NCBI GenBank assembly: GCA_963806225.1 | Contig: CAWDXG010000004.1 | Location: 1,344,001-1,408,000, forward strand | Origin: an uncultured delta proteobacterium | GTDB taxonomy: Bacteria > Myxococcota_A > Polyangia > Polyangiales > Polyangiaceae | Direction: 5' to 3' | Length of the DNA: 64,000 bases | Part shown: one piece after another, positions 42,330-51,097 of the stretch | Numbering within the stretch: the stretch's first letter is position 1 | How the letters are laid out: every line of letters starts with the position of its first letter | The notes under the pieces: model-generated | The model's database searches: none | What the model was told of the DNA's origin: nothing | The model's input: only the letters and a program-made list of their open reading frames with translations | Position numbers and translations under genes: made by a program

Positions 42330-43691
42330 TCAGTCCGGTTGGTAGAGCACCTTCTGACTCGGCTCGGTGTAGTAGTAGGCCGAGAAGCCCGAGCGGTGCC
42401 ACGTCGCAGCGCCGAAGCCGTTGACCAGCACCGACCAGAGAGCGGCGGTGGTGAACAGCGTGCGGAACCGGAAGCCGCCGATCGCGAGCAGCGCGAACAG
42501 GAACACCGCATAGTCGTTCGAGAAGCGATAGCCGAACTGCTCCCAGCCGGTGTTCTGGTAGAAGAGCGTGGGCACCGCGACCGCCGCCACCGTCAGCCAC
42601 AGCGCCCAGTGCAGAAAGCCGGTGCGGCGCGGCCAGAGCAGCCAGAGATACAGCGGCGTCGTCACCCACAGCGCGAGCCCGTGCCCGTTCACCTGGAACG
42701 GGGCGTTCGCCGGAGCGTGCGGCACGTACGGCAGGCTCGTCAGCACCACGCCCAGGTTCTTCGCAAGGTAGTGGTAGCTGAAGAGCCCCCACCTCTGCAT
42801 GCGGGCATGCCAGCCGACGGTGAGGTGCTCGTAGCCGAAATCGAAGGGGCTCCCGAAGCGCAGCTGGTTCAGCCGGAAGGCAACGCCGAGCACGATCAGG
42901 ATCGGGATCGCGAACGCGACGTAGAGCCGGAGCAGCCTGCCCTTGTCGAGCCGGCGCCAGGGTCGGTCGAGCTCGCCGCGCACTCCCTTGTGCAGCACCT
43001 CGTGCTGCATCTGCTGCGGCGTGCGGAGCGAAACGCGGATCGCCTCGAGCGCAAACAACGGCACCGCGAACAAGAGCGGCGAGCGCGTCATGAAACCGAG
43101 CCCGATCGCCGCTCCTGCCAGCACCGGCCGGCTCGCGTCGAGCGCGAAGAGCAGGTACAGCGCAGCCAACATCGCGCCCACGACGTGCGCGGCGAACCAT
43201 ACGGTGCCCTGCTCGGCGCTGAAGAAGTACACGCTGCCGAAGGCAAACAGGAACGCGAGCACGACGTTCGTCGGGGCGCTGCGCGACGAGCGTCCGGTCC
43301 GCCGCAGCTTCTCGAGCGCGAGGAACAGCACTGCCGGGGCAATGCCGGCGAGCCAGATGAAGAACTGGCCGTCCTGCACGTTCGTCGCCGCACCGGCAAG
43401 CGCCACGAACGGCAGCAGCAGGAGTGCCGGGAAGGGCGGAAAGACGATGTACCAGTGGCCCTGGTACAGCGCGAAGTCGTTGTTCCCCGCGTACGCGGGC
43501 GGCGCTCCGCCCAGATCAAGCCGCCCATGCAGCCAGGAGTCGGCGAGCAGGGCGAAGTGGTTCCACGGCGTGTGCTCGGTGAGCGTGGCTGGAGCGGCAA
43601 ATGCGAAGTACACGCCGGTAGCGACGGCGTAGATGCCCAGCGCGAGCAGAAGCCGGCGAAAACGTGTGTCAGCGACAAGCCGCGCCCACAT
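42330..43691 (-). CDS. polytopic membrane protein, possibly GT-C-fold glycosyltransferase-like
   Basis: Many TM helices; LADSWLHGRLDL, FPPFPALL, NQLRFGSPFDFGY, QFGYRFS. Confidence 0.6.
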   Translation of the reverse strand: MWARLVADTRFRRLLLALGIYAVATGVYFAFAAPATLTEHTPWNHFALLADSWLHGRLDLGGAPPAYAGNNDFALYQGHWYIVFPPFPALLLLPFVALAGAATNVQDGQFFIWLAGIAPAVLFLALEKLRRTGRSSRSAPTNVVLAFLFAFGSVYFFSAEQGTVWFAAHVVGAMLAALYLLFALDASRPVLAGAAIGLGFMTRSPLLFAVPLFALEAIRVSLRTPQQMQHEVLHKGVRGELDRPWRRLDKGRLLRLYVAFAIPILIVLGVAFRLNQLRFGSPFDFGYEHLTVGWHARMQRWGLFSYHYLAKNLGVVLTSLPYVPHAPANAPFQVNGHGLALWVTTPLYLWLLWPRRTGFLHWALWLTVAAVAVPTLFYQNTGWEQFGYRFSNDYAVFLFALLAIGGFRFRTLFTTAALWSVLVNGFGAATWHRSGFSAYYYTEPSQKVLYQPD

Positions 43692-43751
43692 CGGCCGCGG
43701 ACGCTACCACCGTTTGCCTGGGACCGGGCGCGGCGCTAGCTTGCGGGTCCC

Positions 43752-44411
43752 GTGCCCCAGCCCCTGTTCACCGTCTCCATCGCGGACCTCGAGCGCGGTC
43801 CGAAAGAGATCACCTGGCCGCTCGGCGAGGCCTGGCTGCGCCACGCGTTCGCGGGAACCGAGGTCACGCCCGCCAGCGACGGCGAGCTCACCGTCGAGCT
43901 GACCCTGAATGGGCGGGAGGTGATCGTGCGTGGGCGGGCCAGGGCTCCGGTGACGTTGCCGGACGCCCGCAGCCTGGAGCCGGTGCCCCTGACGCTCGAG
44001 CCCGAGATCTTCTTGCTGCTCGTCCAGGCCGCGGAGCCGGACACGCGGCAGCGCCACGCGCCGCGCCACCGCAAGGACCCGCACGGCGCGCGCCGGGACC
44101 GCGGGCACAAGCCCAAGGCCAAGCACTCCGGGGGCGGCAAGCGGTCCGGTGGCTGGGACGACGACCCGGTGCTCAGCGACGAGGACGCAGCCCGGGATAC
44201 CTATTCGGGCGAGCGCGTCGTGCTCGACAGCTTCGTGCGCGAGTTCCTCCTGCTGGAGCTCCCGATGAGCGTGACGCGATCCGACTTGCCTCGAGCCGAT
44301 GATCCAGCTACTGCTCCGCCCTCCGGCGGCCCGGACGAGGCGGAGCACATCGATCCCCGCCTGGCCCCTCTGGCGGCGATCGCCAGCCGCCTGCGACAGA
44401 ACAAGGAGTGA
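43752..44411 (+). CDS. YceD/DUF177-family protein
   Basis: Directly upstream of rpm[20 protein letters not shown]. Confidence 0.85.
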   Translation: MPQPLFTVSIADLERGPKEITWPLGEAWLRHAFAGTEVTPASDGELTVELTLNGREVIVRGRARAPVTLPDARSLEPVPLTLEPEIFLLLVQAAEPDTRQRHAPRHRKDPHGARRDRGHKPKAKHSGGGKRSGGWDDDPVLSDEDAARDTYSGERVVLDSFVREFLLLELPMSVTRSDLPRADDPATAPPSGGPDEAEHIDPRLAPLAAIASRLRQNKE

Positions 44412-44415
44412 TCCC

Positions 44416-44607
44416 GTGGCAGTTCCCAAGCGACGCAAGTCCAGCAGCAAGCGCGACATGCGCCGAGCCCAGCACGACAAGGTGTCCGCACCCAACGTCG
44501 TGCCCTGCCCGAACTGCTCCGCCCCCATGGTCTCGCACCGCGTCTGCCCCTCCTGCGGGTACTACAAGGGCCGCGCCGTGCTGAAGTCCGGTCCGGCGAG
44601 CGAGTAG
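44416..44607 (+). CDS. rpmF: 50S ribosomal protein L32
   Basis: GTG start after [14 protein letters not shown]...CPNC...[13 protein letters not shown]. Confidence 0.97.
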   Translation: MAVPKRRKSSSKRDMRRAQHDKVSAPNVVPCPNCSAPMVSHRVCPSCGYYKGRAVLKSGPASE

Positions 44608-44636
44608 GCAGGCGCGCGATCGGCCAATTGGCCGGC

Positions 44637-44671
44637 AATGGTTCAACCTCTCTTGATGTGGTTGAACCATT
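44637..44671. promoter_or_regulatory. AT-rich perfect inverted repeat (terminator or operator) between rpmF and fabH
   Basis: AATGGTTCAACC-N11-GGTTGAACCATT. Confidence 0.55.
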
Positions 44672-44712
44672 TTCTCGTGACGGGCGGGGCGTGACATCGT
44701 AGGCAGATCGGG

Positions 44713-45711
44713 ATGTCGACCGACAAGCCCCGGGGCAGCCGAATTGCAGGCACCGGCGCCTACGCGCCGGAGCGCGTATTGACCAACGCCGATCTCGAGA
44801 AGCTCGTCGACACCTCGGACGCGTGGATCACCGAGCGGACCGGGATCAAGCAGCGCCATGTAGCCGGGGACGGGGAAGCCGCCAGCGACATGGCGCTCCA
44901 GGCCGCGCGCGGAGCGCTGGAGTCCGCCGGGCTCAGGGCTGCAGACCTCGACATGATCATCGTCGGGACGATCAGCCCCGACATGCGGCTGCCCGCCTGC
45001 GCGGCCTTCCTACAGAAGAAGCTCGGCGTGACGGCAATCCCATCCTTCGACGTCGCGGCCGCCTGCGCGGGCTTCGTCTACAGCATGTCGATCGGCGACC
45101 AGTTCATCAGGAGCGGCATGCACGACAACGTGCTCGTCGTCGGCGTCGAGCTCCTGTCGCGGGTGCTGAACTGGGAAGATCGCACGACCTGCGTGCTGTT
45201 CGGCGATGGCGCCGGCGCAGCGGTGCTCACGCCGACGGACGGCGCCTCGTCACGCGTGCTGTCGACCAAGCTGTACACCGATGCGACCTGGGCCGAGTCG
45301 CTGTTCATACCCGGGGGCGGCAGCAAGGAGCCGCTGACGGCGGAGGGCATCGCGCAGCAACGCGACAAGGTGCACATGATCGGCCAGGACATCTTCAAGG
45401 TCGCGGTCAAGAACCTCAGCAGCGCTTCGCTCGAGGCACTCGAGTCCGCGGGGCTCACCGCCAGCGACGTCGACTGGGTCGTGCCGCACCAGGCCAACAT
45501 GCGCATCATCACGCAGGTGGCGCATCGGCTTCACATCCCGCTCGATCGCTTCGTCCTGAACATCGAGCGCTATGGGAACACATCGAGCGCATCGATCCCG
45601 ATCGCCCTCGACGAGGGCGTGCGCGACGGCCGGATCAAGCCCGGACAGACGGTGCTGATGTGCGCGCTGGGCGCCGGCATCTCCTGGGCCAGCGCTCTGG
45701 TCCGGATGTAG
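44713..45711 (+). CDS. fabH: beta-ketoacyl-ACP synthase III
   Basis: WITERTGI, AACAGF, FGDGAGA, PHQAN, GNTSSAS. Confidence 0.96.
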   Translation: MSTDKPRGSRIAGTGAYAPERVLTNADLEKLVDTSDAWITERTGIKQRHVAGDGEAASDMALQAARGALESAGLRAADLDMIIVGTISPDMRLPACAAFLQKKLGVTAIPSFDVAAACAGFVYSMSIGDQFIRSGMHDNVLVVGVELLSRVLNWEDRTTCVLFGDGAGAAVLTPTDGASSRVLSTKLYTDATWAESLFIPGGGSKEPLTAEGIAQQRDKVHMIGQDIFKVAVKNLSSASLEALESAGLTASDVDWVVPHQANMRIITQVAHRLHIPLDRFVLNIERYGNTSSASIPIALDEGVRDGRIKPGQTVLMCALGAGISWASALVRM

Positions 45712-45740
45712 ACCGGTTTTCAAGCGGCGGCGGGGCGTGT

Positions 45741-46697
45741 ATGAAACGCCCCGTGACCGTAGCCTGGCTCTTCCCCGGACAAGGAACGCAGACCGTCGGC
45801 ATGGGCAAGGCGCTCCATGACGCCTTCCCGAAAGCCCGCGAAGTATTCGAGCGCGCCGATGCCGCGCTCGGCTGGTCGATTTCGAAGCTGTGCTTCGAGG
45901 GACCGGAGAGCGAGCTGACCCTGACGGCGAACACGCAGCCGGCAATCGTGACCACGAGTATGGCTGCCCTGGCAGCGCTGCGCGCGTCCGTGCCCGGGCT
46001 GCAGCAGCCCGCGTTCGCAGCCGGCCACTCGCTGGGCGAGTACAGTGCGTTGATCGCGGCCGGCGCCATCACGCTGGAAGACGGAGTGCGCCTGGTGCAC
46101 CTCCGGGGCCGCGCCATGCAGGACGCCGTGCCGGCGGGTCAGGGCGCGATGGCTGCCGTGATGGGCGGCGATCCCGATGCCGTCCGCGCGCTGTGCGCGG
46201 ACGCGGCCGAAGGCGAGGTGCTCTCGCCGGCCAACTACAACGCCCCGGGGCAGGTCGTGATCGCCGGACACGCTGGCGCGGTACAACGGGCGAGAGAGCT
46301 GGCAGCGTCACGCAAGCTGAAAGCGATTCCGCTCAAGGTGAGCGCTCCCTTCCATTGTGCGCTGATGGCCCCTGCCGCCCGCACGGTCGAGCGGGCGCTC
46401 GCGGAGATCGAGATCGGACCGCTTTCCTTCCCGGTAGTCTCGAACGTGGAGGGGCGGCCCAATAGCGATGCGTCGCGCGTGCGCGAGCTCCTGGTGCGGC
46501 AGATCGACAGCCCGGTGCAGTGGAGCCAGTCGGTGTCGCACATGGCGGAGGCGGGCGTCGACCGGGCGCTGGAAATCGGTCCGGGCAAGGTGCTGGCCGG
46601 GCTCGTCCGCCGCATCGACAAGCGCGTCCGCGTGCTGCCAGCGGGCAATCCGGCCGGCGTCGCGGCAGCCGCCGACTTTCTCGCATCCACCTCGTAA
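45741..46697 (+). CDS. fabD: malonyl-CoA:ACP transacylase
   Basis: FPGQG, GHSLGEY, VSAPFH, EIGPGKVL. Confidence 0.96.
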   Translation: MKRPVTVAWLFPGQGTQTVGMGKALHDAFPKAREVFERADAALGWSISKLCFEGPESELTLTANTQPAIVTTSMAALAALRASVPGLQQPAFAAGHSLGEYSALIAAGAITLEDGVRLVHLRGRAMQDAVPAGQGAMAAVMGGDPDAVRALCADAAEGEVLSPANYNAPGQVVIAGHAGAVQRARELAASRKLKAIPLKVSAPFHCALMAPAARTVERALAEIEIGPLSFPVVSNVEGRPNSDASRVRELLVRQIDSPVQWSQSVSHMAEAGVDRALEIGPGKVLAGLVRRIDKRVRVLPAGNPAGVAAAADFLASTS

Positions 46698-46850
46698 TCC
46701 TCGCGGGGTTCACGCGCCCTTCCCAGGGCCGCAGCGGCCGGGCAGCTTGCTCGCCTGGCGATCGCCGCCGGCGAACACGGCCTTCGCCACCCCTCCGTCG
46801 TGTGATTCCACACACCTGGAGCAGGCGCGCCGCTTGCGAAGGCGCGGCGC

Positions 46851-47060
46851 GTGTTGCGCCCGCGTGCCCCCGGGATCAGCAACGTCGCCTCGCCAGGTCG
46901 GCCGCGCCGCCAGCCCGAGCAGACGGCGCTCTACCAGGTCGTGCAGCAAAACCTGGAGGCCTTCCTAAAGGAAGCGCGTGAGCGATACGCCCGTGGCTTG
47001 CCCCGCTACGTCGAGGAAGAGCTTCGCGCGTACCTGAAGTGCGGCATCCTCGCTCACGGG
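46851..47060 (+). mobile_element. truncated IS91-like transposase N-terminus
   Basis: RRQPEQTALYQVVQQNLEAF...GLPRYVEEELRAYLKCGILAHG, then the similarity stops abruptly and a stop codon follows. Confidence 0.75.
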
Positions 47061-47097
47061 TGGGGGGTCACACACTGAGTATGTAGGTCGGTCTTCG

Positions 47098-47403
47098 TTG
47101 GCGCGCGTCACCATCACGCGCCGACACCATCCCTTCGAGGGCGAGACCTTCGAGGTCGTCAAGCCTGGTCCGAGGCAGATCGTGATCCGGGTCGATGACG
47201 GTTCGAGCATGCGCGTCCCGCGATCATGGACGGACGCGGATGGCCCCCCGCGCGCCGAGGCGCCCGAGCACGTCTTCACGGTCGATGCACTCCGCGAGCT
47301 CGGCGCGCTCGTGGTCGCGCTTGCGCAACGATCGTCGGCCGAAGTGGTGCCGCGTTCCGACGACGCCGTCGTTGTCGAAAGCGGCAAGGACGGGTCGGCG
47401 TGA
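47098..47403 (+). mobile_element. DUF5372-like ORF (mobile-element associated)
   Basis: VTITRRHHPFEG...RVPRSWTD...FTVDALREL pattern. Confidence 0.6.
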
Positions 47404-47496
47404 GCGCGAACCGGGGCGATCGTGCGGTGTCGTTGCCCGTGACAGCAGGAAGGTGCATGCACGTCTCCAACGTAGCCAGGCCAAGGCTCGCGGCCG

Positions 47497-47524
47497 ACGT
47501 CGCATAAGGGCAATTATGTCAACC
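47497..47524 (+). other. dif-like XerC/XerD recombination site
   Basis: ACGTCGCATAA-GGGCAA-TTATGTCAACC, 11-6-11 layout, versus E. coli dif GGTGCGCATAA-TGTATA-TTATGTTAAAT. Confidence 0.7.
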
Positions 47525-47674
47525 ATTTCCAGATGTTAGGCCCTACGTCCAGCTTGCCTCGGCTTCCCCGGCCTGTCAACCGCTGCGCGCTCCACCGCCT
47601 GCCACCACCACGTTGCTCCTGCGGATGCAGGTTGGTTCGCCTGGCCTTCTGGCCTTCACCAAAGCGCATGCGGC

Positions 47675-47809
47675 CTACGGTACCGTGATCGTTACGCCCG
47701 TTCTGTCGAGACCGGAGAAGTGGCGTGCGTTCAAGGTGAGCAGCACGCAGGGAGCGAGCTTGCCGGCCGCGAGGGCGAGCAGCGCGTCATAGCTACGCCC
47801 GCCGGTCTG
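47675..47809 (-). pseudogene. PIN/VapC toxin C-terminal remnant
   Basis: Hand translation QTGGRSYDALLALAAGKLAPCVLLTLNARHFSGLDRTGVTITVP*, with an in-frame TAA directly upstream. Confidence 0.65.
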
Positions 47810-47873
47810 TTATGACTCCAGGGGTCGCGGCCTCGGGGATCCGGCGCTTTTCCCGACGCCGGGCGCCGCCACA

Positions 47874-47963
47874 GTCTCCTCCGGCTGCGCGCAGGCCCGG
47901 AGGGCCGAGCACAGCCTTGGGGGAGACCGCAGGCGCGCAGGCCCGGCGGGCCGAGCACCTGCG
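47874..47963. repeat. two REP-like 26-bp repeats within stem-loops
   Basis: GCGCGCAGGCCCGG(A/C)GGGCCGAGCAC at 47887-47912 and 47933-47958. Confidence 0.75.
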
Positions 47964-48108
47964 AGTGGGGGCAACCCTGCCATCGGGTGCGAACGCTGCG
48001 ACGCACCGCGGGACGCGATCTTTCCGGCTTGATCTCGGCCGGGGCGTGGTAAACACGCCCCGCCCGGGCCGAGCCGGGAGGCACCCGGGTATCAGGGGAC
48101 CGAGGAAG

Positions 48109-48855
48109 ATGTTCGACCTCAGCGGCAAAGTAGCCCTCGTCACTGGCGGATCGCGCGGCATTGGACGCGCGACAGCGCAGGCGCTTGCCGCCCAGGGCGC
48201 GCACGTGGTCATCGGCTACGGCTCGAACGAAACGGCGGCGCGCGACACGGCGCAGGCGATCGAGGCGGCGGGCGGCAAGGCGGAGATCCTCGGCTTCGAC
48301 GTGGCGGACACCGCAGCGGCGGAGAAGGCCGTTGCTGAAACAGCCAAGCGACTGGGCAGGCTGGACGTGCTAGTCGCCAGCGCCGGCATTTCGCTCGATG
48401 GTCTGTTGCTCCGCCTCAAGGACGAGGACTTCGATCGCACGTTCGCGGTCAACGTGAAGGGTGCGGTCGCCTGCGCTCGCGGCGCGCTCAAGTCGATGAT
48501 GCGGGCGCGCGCGGGACGCATCATCTTCCTGTCCAGCGTGGTCGGCGAGATGGGGAATGCCGGCCAGACGGCCTACGCGGCATCGAAGGCAGCTCTGCTG
48601 GGCGTCACCCGCAGCCTGGCCCGCGAGTACGCCTCGCGCGGCATCACGGTCAACGCGGTGACCCCCGGCTACATCGAAACGGACATGACCGGCGCGCTCA
48701 CCGAGGAGCAGCGCGAGGCCATGCTCGCCGGCGTGCCGCTCGCGCGGCCCGGGCAGCCCGCGGAAGTTGCAGCCTGCGTCGCGTTCCTCGCTTCGGACGA
48801 GGCAGGCTACATCACCGGGCATGCCCTCCGGATCAACGGCGGAATGTACATGTAA
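48109..48855 (+). CDS. fabG: 3-oxoacyl-ACP reductase
   Basis: TGGSRGIG, GNAGQTAYAASK, directly upstream of acpP. Confidence 0.95.
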   Translation: MFDLSGKVALVTGGSRGIGRATAQALAAQGAHVVIGYGSNETAARDTAQAIEAAGGKAEILGFDVADTAAAEKAVAETAKRLGRLDVLVASAGISLDGLLLRLKDEDFDRTFAVNVKGAVACARGALKSMMRARAGRIIFLSSVVGEMGNAGQTAYAASKAALLGVTRSLAREYASRGITVNAVTPGYIETDMTGALTEEQREAMLAGVPLARPGQPAEVAACVAFLASDEAGYITGHALRINGGMYM

Positions 48856-48931
48856 TCACTGAGCAATTTGCTCGCACCTGAAAACACCTGCAATCGGGGC
48901 GCTTTCATTGTAGAGGCCCCGTGGAGGCACC

Positions 48932-49174
<243 letters not shown>

Positions 49175-49312
49175 GAACGCAGCCCCGGGGGCGGCGGGGG
49201 CCGTCCCCCGCAACCCACCCACAGCGGGAGCCGTCCCCGGTCTATCAAAGGGCCGGGGCCTCCCCGTCCCAGCCGGCGCGATCCGGCAACCGGGGCTCGC
49301 CTTAATACCCCG

Positions 49313-50566
49313 ATGAGCATGGAACGCGTTGTCGTCACTGGAATTGGACTGGTCACCCCCAACGGGATCGGCACCCAGGCTTCCTGGGATTCGCTGATCC
49401 AGGGAAAGAGCGGCGTTGGCCCCATTACCCTCTTCGAGGCGACGGAGGACTATCCATCCCGTTTCGCCGCCGAGGTGAAGGACTTCGATCCGACCCAGTT
49501 CATGGAGCGGAAGAAGATCAAGGAGGTCACGCGCTTCATCCCGTTCTCGCTCGCCGCAACCAAGATGGCGCTGGAACAGGCGGACCTCGGCCTCACGGAC
49601 GAGGAACGCGAGCGGGTCGGGGTGTTCATCGGCGTAGGCCTCGGTGGCCTGGAGAATCTGGAGCGGGTCACGCTGCTGCTCGACCGGAAAGGGCCGGGCA
49701 AGGTCAGCCCGTATTTCATCCCGTCGCTGATCGCGAACATGGCAGCCGGCCAGGTCTCGATCGCCCATGGCTTCCAGGGCCCGAGCTACGCGCACACCAG
49801 CGCCTGCTCGTCGAGCGCGCACGCCATCGGCGAAGCCCTGCGCTGGATCCAGGAGGGACGCGCCGAGGTCATGGTCGCCGGCGGCGCGGAAGCGACGATC
49901 ACACCGATCGGCATCGCGGGCTTCAGCGCGATGTTCGCGCTCAGCCGCCGCAACGCCGAGCCCCAGCGCGCCAGCCGTCCCTGGGACCGTGGGCGCGACG
50001 GCTTCGTGTGCGGCGAGGGCGCCGGCACGTTGATCCTCGAGTCGCTCACGCGCGCGAAGAAGCGCGGCGCGCACATCTTCGCGGAAGTCACCGGCGCCGG
50101 AGCGACCAGCGACGCCTACCACATCACCAAGCCCGCACCGGGTGGCGCCGGCGCGGTGCGCGCGATGAAGCTCGCGCTGAAGGACGCGAAGCTCGACCCG
50201 ACCCAGATCGACTACATCAACGCCCACGGCACTTCCACGCCGGCCGGTGATGTCGAGGAGTCGAAGGCGATCGAGAAGGTCTACGGCGCGCACGCGCTCG
50301 ACAAGAAGCTCTGGGTCAGCTCGACGAAGTCGATGATGGGGCATCTGCTCGGCGCCGCAGGTGCGGTCGAAGCCGCCATCTGCATCAAAGCCATCGAAAC
50401 CGGCGCCATTCCGCCCACCATCAATCACGAGGACCCAGACCCGGAGTGTGTGCTCGATTACGTGCCCAACCAGGCGCGCGAACGGCGCATCACACACGCG
50501 ATGAGCAACTCCTTCGGCTTCGGGGGCACCAACGCGACGTTGATCCTCTCGGCGTTCAACGAGTAG
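49313..50566 (+). CDS. fabF: beta-ketoacyl-ACP synthase II
   Basis: VVVTGIG, SACSS, NAHGTST, GHLLGAAG, SNSFGFGG. Confidence 0.97.
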   Translation: MSMERVVVTGIGLVTPNGIGTQASWDSLIQGKSGVGPITLFEATEDYPSRFAAEVKDFDPTQFMERKKIKEVTRFIPFSLAATKMALEQADLGLTDEERERVGVFIGVGLGGLENLERVTLLLDRKGPGKVSPYFIPSLIANMAAGQVSIAHGFQGPSYAHTSACSSSAHAIGEALRWIQEGRAEVMVAGGAEATITPIGIAGFSAMFALSRRNAEPQRASRPWDRGRDGFVCGEGAGTLILESLTRAKKRGAHIFAEVTGAGATSDAYHITKPAPGGAGAVRAMKLALKDAKLDPTQIDYINAHGTSTPAGDVEESKAIEKVYGAHALDKKLWVSSTKSMMGHLLGAAGAVEAAICIKAIETGAIPPTINHEDPDPECVLDYVPNQARERRITHAMSNSFGFGGTNATLILSAFNE

Positions 50567-50592
50567 CGGGCACGACGGGCGAAGGCGGCAAC

Positions 50593-51057
50593 ATGCAGTG
50601 CCCATATTGCAGGGAGATGGACAGCCGGGTCATCGACTCGCGGCTGGTCGCCGGCGGCACCGTCACCTGGCGCCGGCGCGAGTGCGATGCCTGCAAGCGG
50701 CGCTTCACCACCTACGAGCGCGTGGAGTTCACGCTGCCCACCGTCGTCAAGAAGGACGGCCAACGCGAGCCATTCGACCGGGCCAAGGTGCTCCGCAGCC
50801 TGCGCATCGCCTGCAACAAGCGTCCCGTGTCGGACGACACGCTGGAAGAACAGGCCGTGGCACTTGAACGCGAGCTCGCCGAGAGCGGCGACAAGGAAAT
50901 CTCGTCGCTGATCATCGGAGAGCGCGTGATGGCCCGGCTCAAGGAGCTGGATGAGGTAGCCTACGTCCGCTTCGCGAGCGTCTACCGCTCGTTCCGCGAC
51001 ATCGACGAATTCATGCGGGAGATGAACAAGCTCTCCCAGCCCGGCGACGGCGCCTGA
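50593..51057 (+). CDS. nrdR: transcriptional repressor NrdR
   Basis: MQCPYC...VIDSR...RRREC..C..RFTTYE, ATP cone, VAYVRFASVY. Confidence 0.97.
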   Translation: MQCPYCREMDSRVIDSRLVAGGTVTWRRRECDACKRRFTTYERVEFTLPTVVKKDGQREPFDRAKVLRSLRIACNKRPVSDDTLEEQAVALERELAESGDKEISSLIIGERVMARLKELDEVAYVRFASVYRSFRDIDEFMREMNKLSQPGDGA

Positions 51058-51097
51058 GTCGTCCCGCCGCCTTTTCGCTGAACCAGGACAGGAACCC

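Noticed and set aside
47517..47820. Integron attC sites (GTTAGGC at about 47535, GTTATGA at about 47809)
   Set aside because: I could not pair R and L boxes at a plausible spacing, and no integrase is present
47874..47963. Two 26-bp repeats as a mini-CRISPR
   Set aside because: Only two copies, a 20-bp gap that forms part of the stems, and no leader or cas genes
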